From assembly GCA_976226885.1 (NCBI GenBank), contig OZ320316.1:81902001-81966000 (forward strand): a stretch of DNA of 64,000 bases. The letters run 5' to 3'. The DNA is from Iphione sp. A-MEVVRFRX5. Lineage: Eukaryota. The notes beneath the pieces are model-generated. The model had not been told where the DNA came from. It saw only the letters and a program-made list of their open reading frames with translations, and did no database searches. Shown here piece by piece: positions 26,691 to 40,571 of the stretch (position 1 is the first letter of the stretch; each line of letters starts with the position of its first letter). The position numbers and the translations under genes were made by a program.

Positions 26691-29600
26691 AGTCGGGAGC
26701 AGTTGCCACGTCCTTGGAACCAAACTGCAAGTGAGTGGAGCTTGAATCCTGCCAGTAATGGTTCAGTAGTCCTGTAATAGACGACATGACGTTCTCGTAT
26801 ATCTGACGAATAAGGAGCAGTTTGCGTTAATGGGGAAGCCGGTTTTTCTCTGCCTGTCGGAAATCTCAAGCTGCCGTCTGACAAGATAAATAGTTACGCT
26901 CCACGTCTAATTTTCAGTATTGGATAATGGGGCGCCTTTCTCCCTCACAAACTCGACAATTTGCTTTTTTTTTTAACCCCACATCCATCTCGCACCCTTA
27001 ATGAGTGTGTTTCGATAGCCTGTGGATGCGAGTCGCCTGGACGGATGCTGGGCGTCTAATTGCGATCGTGGATCAAGAGAGAGCGACTCTATGGTTTTGT
27101 AACTGCTCGCCGGTGCACTCCATTGCGTCATTATGAGGCAGTCTGCCACCAACTGTAGTAATCGGCAAACCATGCGAGCCCCGGTCGCGGTCGGGCGGCT
27201 ACCGCTTGATTAACCTTTCGGTTGCTCATCAGATCTAATAGTCTCTTCACAGAACACTCTACCGACGAGCACAACCCCCCCCCCCCCGACCCCCAGCCCC
27301 AGCCCCCTCCGTCTCCGGGGGCGCGTGTAATTTCAAGCGTTGTTTAGTAATCGCTGCTTGATTTATCCTCCTATCTTATCCGCTGTAATGACTGATCATG
27401 CAGTGCCTAAGAGTTCACCGAATAGATACACAATAGAACGAGAGAGTGTGCAGGTCCTTGTTTCTCTTAAATGATATTCGTTCCAGCTACAGTAGTAATT
27501 CGAAGTAATATGTACATAATTCTGCCGTCTTATAGTTGAGCCCTAACGAAAGATTTGAGTGTAGGCCTCCTGTCAATAGTTTAGACTTTCATCGAGTCGT
27601 TCTAATGCCGCTTCCTCACCGTAACTACAAAGTTCATCTCCAAATGCTTTGACACGATCCTGAAAGATTATATCGATTTAGATTGACAAATTAACTGCGG
27701 TTACTGTATCTCATTAGAGGCATGGCTGAAATACCCGGCCCCATTATGCATAGGTATGGCCAATCACGGTTTGGCTGGCGCCCACCCGGCTCTATCTGGC
27801 GCTATACGACCGATAGCACCTACAATAGAGCACCATCGATCCTCGGTTTAGCGTCAGCGATCTTGTAATGAGGACGGAGCAGATTTTTGAGCCAATCTGC
27901 CGCAATCTGCCCTCAAGATGAGCGAAGCTTTGCACGGGATTTATCATGGGATGCCTTTGCCCGCTGCACATACGACGACATGGAACTGCATAGCAAGAAG
28001 GAGCTGTAATTTCCCGCTGGGAAAATTCACAGGAAATTTCAGCCGGTTTCAGACCCATGTACATTTTTGCCCGCGCTCACAGCTGGGCGTATACGTAAAG
28101 TAGTATGCACCCCTGTTCTTCTCTGTCTTTGAATATACGGTCCGCAAGACATTTCTTGGGTCACCTTCCCAGGAGGCATCGACCCATTGCCATTTATTGT
28201 GGGTAAATTGTTATTGTAGCCTGGCAAAAGTCCTTTATATGTGCATTTAGCTGCTACTGCTCCGCCAGCGCACACCCAAGAGAGTTAGCTGCGGCTTCGG
28301 TCACATTAGGCCTCCTGGACCGGATGTATAATACAGTATTCTGGCGTTTCAAATCACCAAAGTCAATACAGGGTTACCAAAGCCCGGCCGCTACTCCCGC
28401 AGGTGATTTCACCGCAGACATAGTTACCCCTGGGTCCGAGTAAGAAACAGTAGACAAATAATATTCTGCCTGTTAGTGATCCTTCTGAATGTATAGGTGC
28501 TTATGGCGGGACGCCATCCGTTACAGATTTTATGTGAAAATTAAAGCAGCAGCTTTGGGCCCAAAGGGGAATTTATGTTCTGAGTGGTGTTTTTTTTTAC
28601 AGTGAATTGCAGTGTGTCAGCATTTTCGTTCGAATATTCTATATTATCTTTTTAGCAAACGTCGCTTATTTCTACACCCCATTCTAATGCAACAAGAGCA
28701 AGTACAGTACCATATGTTGTTATCTATTATTACACAGCCCTCAGTCATTTCGTGGTTTGAAAGAGGAGTTTTACTATTAGGATTTTATCTACAAGATAAG
28801 AGCGACGTTCAGTATTCCTGCAGCTTTATTAAAGGATACTTTTACTCTCTCTTACAGAGCACCGACGTTGTAGTATCAAATCACTAAAGAGTGCAGAACA
28901 ACAAGGTTAGCGTTGAAAATGGGGACGGGGGTCGTGAATTATGTTTCTTGGATAGATTTTGCGATCTTCAGTCAAACAGCGACATAAAAAATAAGTATTA
29001 AAACAAAATATCCATATCACTGAGAAACTGTGCAGGTGTTGGATTAACATTTCTGTAACCCTTGTATCCGTCAACTCCCTCAGCAGTGGCTGATAGTGTT
29101 GTAGTCAACTTACACGATCTTCACCACTATGTTGCCCTGGAGTATGCTGGAGACTACTTCCTCTGAGGCCGAACCTTCCTCCCCCTTTGTTGCTCTCCAT
29201 TGTGAGCTAGCGTGTCAGGCGTTCGTGTCTAGAACCTACCGCAGACCCCGAAGTGACCTCCACCGCCTCCTCTACAACAGAAGGGAGGCTACGAGGCCGC
29301 CAGTCCTTGACACAGGTGCTCGTCCTGACCACAAGTTGGGCTTGAGCTGTGTTTTTGTTGGCCTCACAGGAGCAGCTCGTGGCACGGCGCCCAGGGCTTT
29401 GCTGGAGCAGCGTTTTTTATCAACCCCGTAGCCTCTAGTTTTATGGTCAGAGGGTTTCAGAATAGTTTTATCTATTGTTATATTTCTTCTAAATGTGATG
29501 AAGCAGCGTAGTGCTCAGTGATTCATTTTTCATATGTAATGCTTTTGTATCCTGATTAAATATATGTGAAATATTATATTAGACAAACAAGGAAATATCT

Positions 29601-30953
29601 ACATTAAAAAATGTAGTAAGAATAATCATAACTGTGATACGCTCACTCTCTTATTCTCGCCTTTGTGTCAGCACAAATTCGGGACACCCTTAGTTCTTTC
29701 TCAAGTAGAGAATTATTTTAATATAGGAAAGTAGAGTCTGTTCTTCTGAGAAGATATTCCTATTAGAGGCATGTTTCTGTTGGAGACGTGTCACTAAAGT
29801 GGCTTTGTAATGTTGATTATTTCGGACTCAGATGAGATAGGATAGAATTTCGCTTAGATTGTAGAATGTATAAACATGCAGTTGTGTCAGTGTACACTGC
29901 TTCTTGGCAAAGTAGTTTAGAGACAGTGATACGGACATGTTAGATCACACATATGATACCATATTCAGACCCTCTGTGAAATCATTTGAAAAGGAAAATG
30001 TTGCTTCATTGAGAGGATCATGACTATAGGATATGGTCAAGCCATTATCCATATTGGGCCCTGAAATGATAAGCGGTTACATTAATCCCACGCCAGGCAT
30101 GTAGCACTGGGTATAACGTTTATAACAATATATCTCAGCCTGAAAGTTACACCGACAGAATTAGAAAGTGATAGGTTGGATATGGGATTGTCAACACTAT
30201 TCACTTAATAAGAGCCGCACTTGAGACTACGCTCCCTTACCTAACTGATCAGTACGAAGGCTTCAAAATGTCAATATCCTCGCTGCATACGTCAATCCAG
30301 TACAAAGCATGTATAGAAACCTTGCATATAAATGTTATCTGATGTCTGCCGGGCAGAATGTAACAATTCTAAAAGCTTGTGCCTTTCCAACTTCTCTTTT
30401 TTCCAATCTTCATCATGATACAAAAGCAGTTTACCCTATGTAAGGGATACCCTATCACAGGGAGCCACATATTTGCTACAGCAGCTAGGCTTCGAAGTTG
30501 CGAAGTCTGACTGTATATGCATAATTACAAACTTCCTTTATGAGAACAACTATCCATTCGTCATGGCAGTTTTGTCATGCGACTCGGAACTGAACGCCTA
30601 ACTATATCCATTGCATTTCAAAACAGAAGTAAATAGGAATCCGTAATATCCACGAGGCAGTATTATATGTTCCTGGTCCATAAAAGGGTTATTTATGGAT
30701 TGCCCCTAGACAGTTATGGTGTTGTACTTCCCTTTCTTATCATTCTACATTATGCTCTGTCCGGTGCAAAAACAGACCTTACCCATGGATTAAGGCCTGG
30801 TTTTCATACCTGCGGACATGTGCAGGAGACTGGGGGAGGTGTCCTTGTGCATCACCATGCATTGTTTTATTTCCCACGTCTCCCATACTCTCCCACACAG
30901 GGATGTTCCATACATGCAGGAAACAGATGGGAATCACACAGGAAAATGAGCAG

Positions 30954-30993
30954 GAGAGAGATAGAGAGAGAGGGACAGAGAGATAGAGACAGA
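30954..30993. repeat. Degenerate (AG)n microsatellite
   Basis: gagagagatagagagagagggacagagagatagagacaga. Confidence 0.75.
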
Positions 30994-31006
30994 TTTATGT
31001 TGTTTG

Positions 31007-31175
31007 TGGAGGTTGAGGCATATCGGTAGAAATTGTGTGGTTAATTCATGGAGGTTGGGGCATATTGGGAAAAATTGTATGGTTTTTTAATGGAGGTTGA
31101 GGCATAGCAGTGGAAATTGTGCAGATTTGTTTTTGGAGGCTGAGTCATATCGATAGAATTTGTGTAGTTTTTATG
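31007..31175. repeat. 42-bp minisatellite, 4 diverged copies
   Basis: Units beginning TGGAGG(T/C)TG(A/G)G(G/T)CATA start at 31007, 31049, 31091 and 31134. There are no unique spacers. Confidence 0.9.
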
Positions 31176-34100
31176 CAGATGATATAAAAATTCGATAAAA
31201 TTTCATATCATCTATCACATGATAGCCAGTGTTTATCCAACTTAAAACCCTCGTCTCTCTATGCTACAGTGCATTGTTGCATGTTTGTGTGGTCTGATAA
31301 TGGGCAGCGCACATCAATGCACAGCAACACACATGCACAGGTCCCGCAGGTAAGAGCACCCTTCATTAGAATCAACATGATCAATAAAAATGCACAGAAA
31401 TGCACACACTTATCACCACAGGTATGGAAACCGGGCCATATCACAGGCATTGTTGCTGGATAAAGTACATGTAGCATGAACCGTGCATTTGTCCTTAAGG
31501 CTTGGTGTCCATGTACGCATGTTGGTGTCTGTCCATGCATAAGTATGTTGGGGCATATTTTTGCTATTCTGATGACCACTGTATACACGCTGTGGTGCAT
31601 GAATTCACCGTGTTTTCATTTTTACATGCCTGTATATGAATGTTCCCAAAATACCTGCCAGAAACACAGATGGACATGCACCATGAACCTTGGAAAATGG
31701 AACATTTCTGATTTTTCACACACAGACCACACATACACATTACGCACATGCACAGACATGGAAACACTCTTCCTATGAGTTACAGTTTCCAAAATTTATG
31801 CACTGAAATATGCATGGACGCACACGCTGAGACACATGCATGGAAACCCTCCCTTATATGATTGAATATAATACAGATTTAATTTTTCCTGTTATGACAA
31901 GGGCCTCATACATCAGAGTCGCGAAAAAAATTGGTACCAGAGCTATTACCGATGAAGCACATGTAGAGTAGATAAGGTGTTCTAACGGTGTCCGTCTGAA
32001 AGCTAGAGGAGAAACTCCTACGTCTCATTCGCTAGAATTGTTTTAATATGGTTAGAAGACCTACCCCTCAAAAGAAACCTTGCCTTTTCAGAAGAAGTTA
32101 ACATTGACAGTCCTGCCAGTTTAATCCCCACTGCACCTTTCACTTTTGTAATACGATCAATACTTAACAAATCCCCAGTTTGCGTCCTGATACAGTTTTA
32201 ATACCACTCATTCCTAATGGCTGTCCTCCGCAGTATGGTATGGCAAGAAGTAATCCACTCTCTGAGTTTGCCGCTGGATCGTGGTATACGGAGTGCCTGC
32301 AGAAAGAGAAGATGTAGGCACATGCCAGACTTCTTCAGTATCGCACGGCGGTCGTCACATAAATGTGGGTGGTCCTTTTAGGCGAGATGTATTGGTATGC
32401 GACTCGAGCACTGCCACCTGACCCTCGACATACTCTCACAGCCACCCTCAATGCACTGGTGTCATATCAACAGTCATGCTTACGATGCCTTGTACATAAT
32501 GCATGGTATTCTACACAAGCCGCCCGATGGCTTTTTCATCAGTACAAACAGCTCTACCCCTGTAGTGTTCCATCGTGAGAGTGCACCATGCTACCAAAGC
32601 TGTCTCTTGTCTCTTATCCGGCTCTTTGCGGTACCCTCTGTTGCAATCTGCAGTTGGTATTGAATGTGATATACATGTGAGAAGGTTGCCTACTTTAGTA
32701 CATCCGACAAGAAAAAAGAGACATTTAGCTACCAAATTGACTATTCGTAGTTATGCGTTCGTTCTTTTGTCCGCCAGTCACACGCACGCAAACGGAATAA
32801 TTTGCTTTATCTTCACGTGTTGCTATTTGCACTAATAATACAAAGTGCAGAATGTATAGTGAACGTTGTACTGTGTAGCAGCACCACCCAAGTACATTTA
32901 CATATTACTGGGACAGTCTGAATTCAGGGGAGATTCCCTTCAGGTGTGTGTTTTCCTTTATGATATGCCAGTAAGTACCTTATACACCGTGTTTCCAAAT
33001 TATTTCTTCGGGCTGCCTTACCGCCCTGATAATATGCTGACGGTCAGATTGGGAAACTCACAAAGGGAAAAGCTGGCTGAATTCATTTGACTTCTTTTAC
33101 AGCTCATGCGTAGCATATATAGGTTGCGAGCTGATTTTCACGTGGGCCACAAATTCAGCTAATGCTGAGGTCTGTCATATATTAGGTGACTGCTAATACA
33201 GACGTTAGATGAGCCAGATCCGACGCTGCTGTTTATGTTTGTACAATCTATACAGTCGCGACCGACGCTGGTGGCACTGCCTCTACTGCTGATGCCCCGG
33301 ATGGCCTTTTTCTCCGGGACAGGAAGCATCTGGATTGCTCTGGGGCCGCTTGGCCAGTATATTGGCCATCCATTAACGATCCAATTCCCATTAGTATTGT
33401 GTGCTCCCTGTACACACACCGCATTAAGCACACGCACGCCGCCCAGCCGAAGCGAAACTCGGCGGCTGGAAAAGCAGCCAGCTTCTATCTAACATGTTCC
33501 AGCAGTCAGACTAGACGAAGCAGAAGACCTGAGCACAGAATGGTCATGAGGAGTGGCCGCCATGAAATTGCGGTCTCTTATTGGTTCAGAATGCACATAC
33601 GTTTGCAAGAACTTGCAAGGATCTAATTTAAGGTCTCCAGAACCTATTATATAAGAAGCCAGGGTTTGTGTTTCCTTTGAAATTCAAGCAGCAATAAAGT
33701 TTGGTCTGGTGTTTCGATATCAAAAGGCACATACATATACTTCTTCAGTGTAGTATGCACAGTGAAAATAATTAGGAACGAAAATCAAAGGGTTTCCCTT
33801 TGAATATTATGACATAGTACGGCAGGAATCTTGGCCTGGTTGACAGTTCACTATAGTAAATAGAGGAAGAAACGCCCAGCAGAATTCTTCTTTCAGGGAG
33901 GCTAATCGTCGGGAAGATGTCATGTAAAGGATCTAAGATGTATTCCTACACGTCTGCGGCGTGTGTGCTTTGCCAGGCATGCGGGGGCCGAGGCAAACCG
34001 ACTAGACTTCTCTTTCAAACATCTCGTCGTGGTGGGGAAGGCCGGGGGGGATGGAGGGGGAGGGGGGAGTTAATTCGGCAACTAGAGCGTCGTCCTTGTC

Positions 34101-35913
34101 CGTAGAGCACAGTAAGCCGATACGGAATAATGAGCGGCTTGCAAGCGGGTCTTGTGTCCAGTGAATTCCGGGCCTAGTGAATTCCTGGCAGGGATTAGCC
34201 CGCCGTGTCATGAGGGGGTTCCTTCTCCATACCAGATGTTCGGTTCGTGACTTCCCGGCGTGACAGATTCCGCCTTGCGATATGATTCCTAGTGGCCGGT
34301 TCGTTTCACTCGCCACGCACCCTGTATAAATCATTCTGCGGAAGGCCGTGTCTGATTACATCCAGCGTCGTGCAGAAGAAGCGCGGCTTAGAGCCGTGTC
34401 ACATAACAGGGACCCAAGTCATGTTATTCAGTGGTAGCACCGAAGCAGGCTATCTATCGCCAGACTGGTAGAGCACATTCAGCAGCACAAACATTTTTTA
34501 AAAAATCACCTCAAATAGGATGATACCTAACTCGGATGCATTGTAAGGTGCCTAGGGAGCCCTGTGTTCATTTTCATCCCGCCTGTTAACATCATCTATG
34601 TTTATATTGTATCTCACGTTTGCCATACTTCTATTGGGTTATGATTCTTGGGATCCGCGTGGCATATTCTCATCTGCCTTTCTTCTGGATTATTGGCCTC
34701 TGCTAGCAATATGAATATCCATGTTTTTCGCCGCATTTCATCGCTGTTCGTAGACCGTTTCGATAGACCGTAAATATAGCATCCAACCGCTGTCGAAGGA
34801 AGCGCTCCCTTTTTAGTATTATAAGAAAAAGAGTCGCGGTCTCACTTTGTAATCACCACTCCGCTCCATCATCTTACCCATTCACAAATGCGAGTGGCAG
34901 GATGCAGCACTCACGCCGCACGGATTCTCGCCCACGAGGTCGTGGGTGTCCCTGACGCCCCTGTGATCACAGCGGCCCAAATCGACCATCGCCCCTAGTC
35001 ATTCGCTCGCTTCCCTGGAGGGATCGCCATGCTCCCCCGCCGCCCTGTACCCGTTAGCGTGCCCGGGATCCTCCGGGGTCTGTCATTATCTACCCGGAAA
35101 CCGTGATCCCTGCACGCCTGGCTACAAAAGATCAATTCGCATTGCGCCAGCTAGTGTACAACGTCATATCCCTGCACTGCGAATTAGAAGCCTCTGCCCA
35201 GGCATGAAAAGCATGTGCGCCCCTGCTTTGTATGCGAGTAAACCTTACAGATGGCTAGACAGAGAGCGGACAATAGGCATTCTCTTTCGTTGGTTAATAG
35301 CCATCCTATGGGCGGCTTCCATTTGGGGGCGGCTTTCGCCCGTGGGGACCAAGGATTGTTTCGTTAAACCGAACAGAGAGAATCCCCCCCCCCCTCCTTG
35401 GTCTAGTTGGTATTGTCATCACCAGTATGGTTCGTCTTTCTTGGCCAATGCGAAGTGAGCGGACCAAGGAATCATGGGTCATAGCCGAGATGGCCATTGA
35501 TTGTCCCGCGGTCAGTCGAGCCATTGGTCATTGCAGGGCTGCCGTGCTGAGAGGGGAGGGGCCTATCTCGGCACGATTGATCCTCAAGCAAGCTGGTGGG
35601 TCCCCACAGTTTACCCCGGCCTGGTCGAATTCTGGGCCTGCCACTCTTGATTATTGCTCTCCGGTCAATGGTGCGATGTAGGTGGACTACGAAGACCCAA
35701 GGCCTTCGCCCACTCTACCCAACTCCGCAATGGGTCACTGGCCATTGCTCCCCTAGGCAGAAAATCAAGTCACCGCTGGCTTTTAAGTGGAGGCCAGTCA
35801 GTGTAATCGCTTTAAGTTGGCGCTATCCGGCAATGATCTCCACTGGAAGGAAGGAGTTTGGGACTAAGGAGGCAGAAGTGGTGGTGCGCTTGGGAAAGCG
35901 CTCGAGAGTAGCT

Positions 35914-36111
35914 CTATGATCTCCTCACCCAGACCTGACCTTGCCTGACTGCTTTATGGATTTGGAACGATGCACTGCTCGGCACAACCATTTGGCTGAT
36001 TGCTCTCAATAGTACCCTTGCATTGAAGTCAGCCAACCGAAATATGGTGTATAATGATGGTTTATATTTTTCATTGGATTTTGTTGATAGTATTTGTTTG
36101 CAACATTTCAT
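35914..36111 (-). mobile_element. Possible RTE-clade LINE RT relic
   Basis: ILSTKSNEKY...ADFNARVL...SASFQIHKAVRQG matches the spacing of RTE-type IL..GIPEK...A.V....S..F.I..GVRQG. No flanking motifs were recovered. Confidence 0.35.
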
Positions 36112-39100
36112 TGTTCAGAGTCTTCCATTCTTACAGTGTATGTCTTAGTTCATGTTTGCGAACGTGTATGTCTGTAAATCTATAGGGAAGTCTGTCTTTG
36201 AGTAGGTTAGCCAGATAAGTGGCTGAGTAGGTATGTAAATGAGTAGGCCGAAAGGTATGTAGGAAGGTCAGAAGTTCGGTATGCATCGTGGTCCCCCTAG
36301 ACCTTAGGCATATTCAAGCGCATCTTAAAGTCATGCAACAAGAGGCCACCCAGCCGTCAGACCCAACTCGGCTGACGTTATCTAGTCAGGCGAGCTGCTC
36401 GGCTCATGTCTCATCGTGACAAAGACCAAAATCGCACCTTTACCATTGGTGAGGCGTCATCCTAGGGTCTTCTTCTAGGGTAATTCAGCCTCTGGGCGCG
36501 CAAGGTGCCAATCCCCTAATAGTCCGGACCACCGGCTGCCCCCGCCGGCTTAGACCCCATGCCGTACATCATAGAACTGTCCGCCGGGATTACAGGTCTG
36601 GCGTCGATCGAGGCGGTGGCGGTGGCGTCTCCCATCCGCCGCCTACCCTACCTCCCCCCCCCCCCTCGTTGCTGCTGGCGACAAATGACCGGCCCAGCGC
36701 CAGAATAGCCGACGGACGGTTGACATCGGGTTTGGATTTGCCGCGCGCGATGCTGTCAGCAGGCGACCGCCTCTGAACACCAGCTGCCACTCACCTTATT
36801 ACATCAGACTATGGGGCCACACCTGCGTTAATAGTCAGGTAAAGTTAGGAAGTAAGTGGACAGTCTTAATGCATCGAGAGCCTATCCATGTAAACTACAG
36901 TGTTGCTGACAACACGCCATCGTGAGGCGGCTTCGAAGGTAATGGTAGTTACATAAGAGTACATTGACATGTACTAGAACCACTCACCAGTGTCGTGTGT
37001 CCTGTTGCCTGAATTCCTATCGTCTTGCTAATGGGCACGAAGGCAAAGTGGGCAAGCCATCTTCAGTAAGTATTCTCAGCGTTAAATTCACGAACTAGGG
37101 AGGCAGCCTTACACAAAATGTAAATGTATAGTGTATATGTCGCCTGAAACATCACAGCCAACATGACACTTGAGGGCTTCAAAAAAAGGGTGTTTGATAT
37201 AAGTAAATGCATTTATGGACATGCAATGCTGTAGCCAGGAGCTATTGAGAAATCGAATATATACATGTATATACATATCTGCTTAAATTAATGTACGCCT
37301 TTTGACATCCGTAATATAGGAGATGGATCTGAAGCAATGTAAGAACATGTGAGCTTATAATGCTCTGTTTGATGACTGGACACGAACGGGCATACCACAA
37401 ATAAGATTTGTCCTTGTAAATGTCATCTAGGTATGCCAGAAGCATAGTTAGTGACCGCCAAACCCTTCCCTGTCCTGCCGTTGATTCATTATTCGGTTTC
37501 TAAATCCTATCAGGGAGTGCTCTATAGATCTTGGGCAACGTTTGTGCTTCAGTCAAGCGCAGTTCACTAAGACCTCAAGTAATCAATTGGGCGGTGCAGT
37601 GCTTACATAGATACTTGTAATTAGCCGCTAATATTATTCATTTGTGTCTATCCACATGTGACAGCTTTGGGCAAGACTCTATTTTCTACCCTCAGCAACC
37701 GACAGGCATTGCATGCAGCAGTCAATAGGCACCGTGTAGAAAGCACACATACCAAATAATTGGAAGAGGCACTGGATAGGGAGAGGAGAGTATCAGGTAA
37801 TGTCAAAAACGGGTCGAATTTGCACAGTTGTGGAACAAAGAAGAGATTCTGAAGTGTCATGTAGATCAGTCATCTCGCTGCGCGAAGGGCAGCGCACAGT
37901 ATCGTTACCAGAGACGTGAGTTTTCGACTCAGCGTACTGCAGTCCAAACAAATGGCAGATGTTATGAAACCTGACGCGACTCGCTCCTTTGCGATGGAGG
38001 TTGATCGTCGGCACGACGCAGGCGGTTTTCCGGTACAGTAAGCCGCCTCGTCGGCAGGCGCCGTGGGCAAGGACAGCATCGATCTACCAGCCCGTCCGCC
38101 AATCCTCATAAAAAGCATGGACGTTTCCCACCTCATAAATTCGGCCCTTGCGTGTCTTGAAAAACGGCATCCCAACGCCTCACCCCCCCCCCCCTCCCCC
38201 TCCCCCAGGAGAGAAGGAGGCGGCTGTAAGAAAAAAAAAACTTTTTTTTTTTTAGCAATGTAGCAGGACGTACTGCGATGGGTTAATGGGTTGTCTAGAT
38301 GACATTTATCTGCAGACACAAATACGTCCCTTTGAGAGTGGTTAATGTGTTGCATCTGATGACTGCCTCTGCCTAATGCAGTATTTATATTTCGCACTAT
38401 CATGTTCTTGTACCACCCACTTTAGTGATAATGATTATATAGTGTCATCAAATATGTTTGGGGGGCTGGGGACGGGTGAATTGTAGCCTTTGGTGATTTT
38501 CATAGATAGAAAAGCCAGTGGACGTAGGGCTTTTTTAAAAACAGAACTGTGCGTTCATATTAATACTGTTGTAATTTTTTCCTTTCTAAGACAAACATTT
38601 CCATCAATTCGGAGGTATTTGCTCTGAGATCATACCATATTTAGTGGACTCTTTCTTCAGAAATTCCCATGAAGAAATATGCAAAACCCGGGGCTATAGC
38701 CCTTGTAAGCCTGCAGCGGCTCGACTCACATTCTCTTTTAGTGGGGCTCGTTGGGTGGAACGCCTTTCAAGTGGACCCCTCCTATGGTCATCCATGATGA
38801 TTGCGCCCTAGGTTTGATGGTCGCATGTCGAGATAACGACTGTCGCCGGCGGTTTTATCACCGCTGTTGGCCATGATCTGCTTGTGTCCGTGGCTGTTGG
38901 GCCCGCGCCTGTTGCGGGTCTCCTACCGCCCACGACCTATCATAGGCGTGTCCGACACGCCGTCCCGTCCAGCGCCCGGCTGGAGACGACGCCAGAGTGG
39001 CGCCCTAATAGAATCTTTAGGCGTCAGGTCAGGAACGCGTTACGCGGTCCGATGACGAAGGCGTCGCGGCTGGCATACTAAAGACCACAAGAGTAGGAGC

Positions 39101-40485
39101 GTACCCCTCCACCTCTACTGTGCTTCCATTTTCCCGATGCCGCCACCGTTGACGAATAGAGGCCCATGAGGCTATGAGGTTTCTATGAGAGGCCTATACG
39201 GCTCAAGCTGACCCCGCATCTACCTGTGCACCGCTGCCTAACAATCGGACAGCTTTCATCCGGCTCAGACCGTCACTCGTGCGCATACCAGTGGCATATG
39301 ATGCCTTATAGTTGTTCGCTGCAGTCTACTTGCCGTATATGACTGATGGCTCCTCGTAGGTATATGAACCATGTATTGTCGTTCCCTGACGGAAGGCAGT
39401 ATATTGAAATGAAATGTGCGCTATACGTATCGATACACTCACGAATGTAAATTATACGTATCTATCTCAATGTTTCGCTTTAGATCGTGCACAGTGCCCT
39501 TATATTTTACGAGCCTTGACACAAAAGTGAGAACGATGTGCACTGATCATCTTACGTATTAAGTGTGTTTTTGGCAGAGACGGGAGGCTGGGATGCTTTA
39601 AACCTGATCATACATGAGAATCACAGGGGCACCGCCCAAATGGCCCTTGGTAATGACCTGTCCGTTGAATGTCGTGAAATTCGTTCGCTATCCTCTCATC
39701 GCGATGACCACAGACACTGACGATGTATGTCCACGGAAGCCAGGCCGTAAAGGTTCCGAGTCCGTGTCAGGGTACAGCGTGAGGCGCCAATGCAGTTGAT
39801 GGGACCTGATCACACAGGGAAGCATGGGAGGCGCTCACAGATCGCACGCGAGCCGCTCATTATGCGTGTAAGCATCTCTGTGTCGGCCCGCTTTCCTCTA
39901 CACACATCAGTGATGGAAAGGGCCTAGTGCGACAGGATACTCGAAACTGGGGTCGAACAGGTCAGGCCCGTCAGTCCTTAAAGCTCCCAGATATAATTTA
40001 TGATAGTTCACAGAAGATTTTTGGTAGTTAGTTGCAATTCTGTACAGATATATTACTCATCCTTTACATATGTATGTATGGATAATTGGAATAATTTCAC
40101 ATCTCATACATACCTGTACGAGATACTTGAATAAAAAATCTTGAATATTGAATATACATGTATGTATGTGTATGTGATATTAAGATCACACTCAGTTGAA
40201 TTGCTCATTTTTCATTTTCATTGTATCTTTTACATGTACCAGGAATGAGATATTCAGCTGTCATTTAAACTGTTCTTCCCTATCCTCCTTGGGTAGCATA
40301 TTACCATCTATTATTGAGAACCAAGAGACCAGAATATCTGTTCTTGCCCCCTACTTTTATTTCAAATAGTTTTCTGTGGTCTTTTTGTGCATAGGGGACA
40401 GAATCCTACACACCCATGGCCTACTTTATGAGTTGCTGATCACTCTGGGTTGGGGCTACAGTAAATGTCTGGTCATAATCAAGAG

Positions 40486-40571
40486 TCCCAGTCTCGAGAT
40501 TGAACCTGCAACCTCTGAATCAGTGACCAGTGATAGTGAGCACTCTTACCAACTGAGCTAATTCCCCACCC
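40486..40571 (-). mobile_element. tRNA-derived SINE head or tRNA pseudogene
   Basis: Minus strand GGGGAATTAGCTCAGTTGGTAAGAGTG...GGTTGCAGGTTCAATCTC gives a good A box (TAGCTCAGTTGG, 40560-40549) and a near B box (GGTTCAATCTC, 40506-40496). The T-stem and acceptor stem do not pair, so it is not a functional tRNA. Confidence 0.6.

Larger units (their letters stand above)
30794..31437. mobile_element. Non-autonomous inverted-repeat element, PIF/Harbinger-MITE-like
   Basis: 22-bp inverted repeats GGCCTGGTTTTCATACCTGCGG (30794-30815) and CCACAGGTATGGAAACCGGGCC (31416-31437), 19/22 complementary. The left flank is TAA, as expected for a Harbinger TWA target, but the right flank is ATA, so the TSD is imperfect. 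Confidence 0.5.

Noticed and set aside
31007-31175. 42-bp array as a CRISPR
   Set aside because: Head-to-tail diverged units without unique spacers, and no cas genes.
37242-37445. LAYLDDI as an RT catalytic motif
   Set aside because: YLDD alone is expected about 0.4 times by chance in six frames, and there is no upstream PFG/QG motif.
37870-38403. Longest ORF (177 aa)
   Set aside because: Crosses homopolymer runs, has no domain signature, and its length is within chance.
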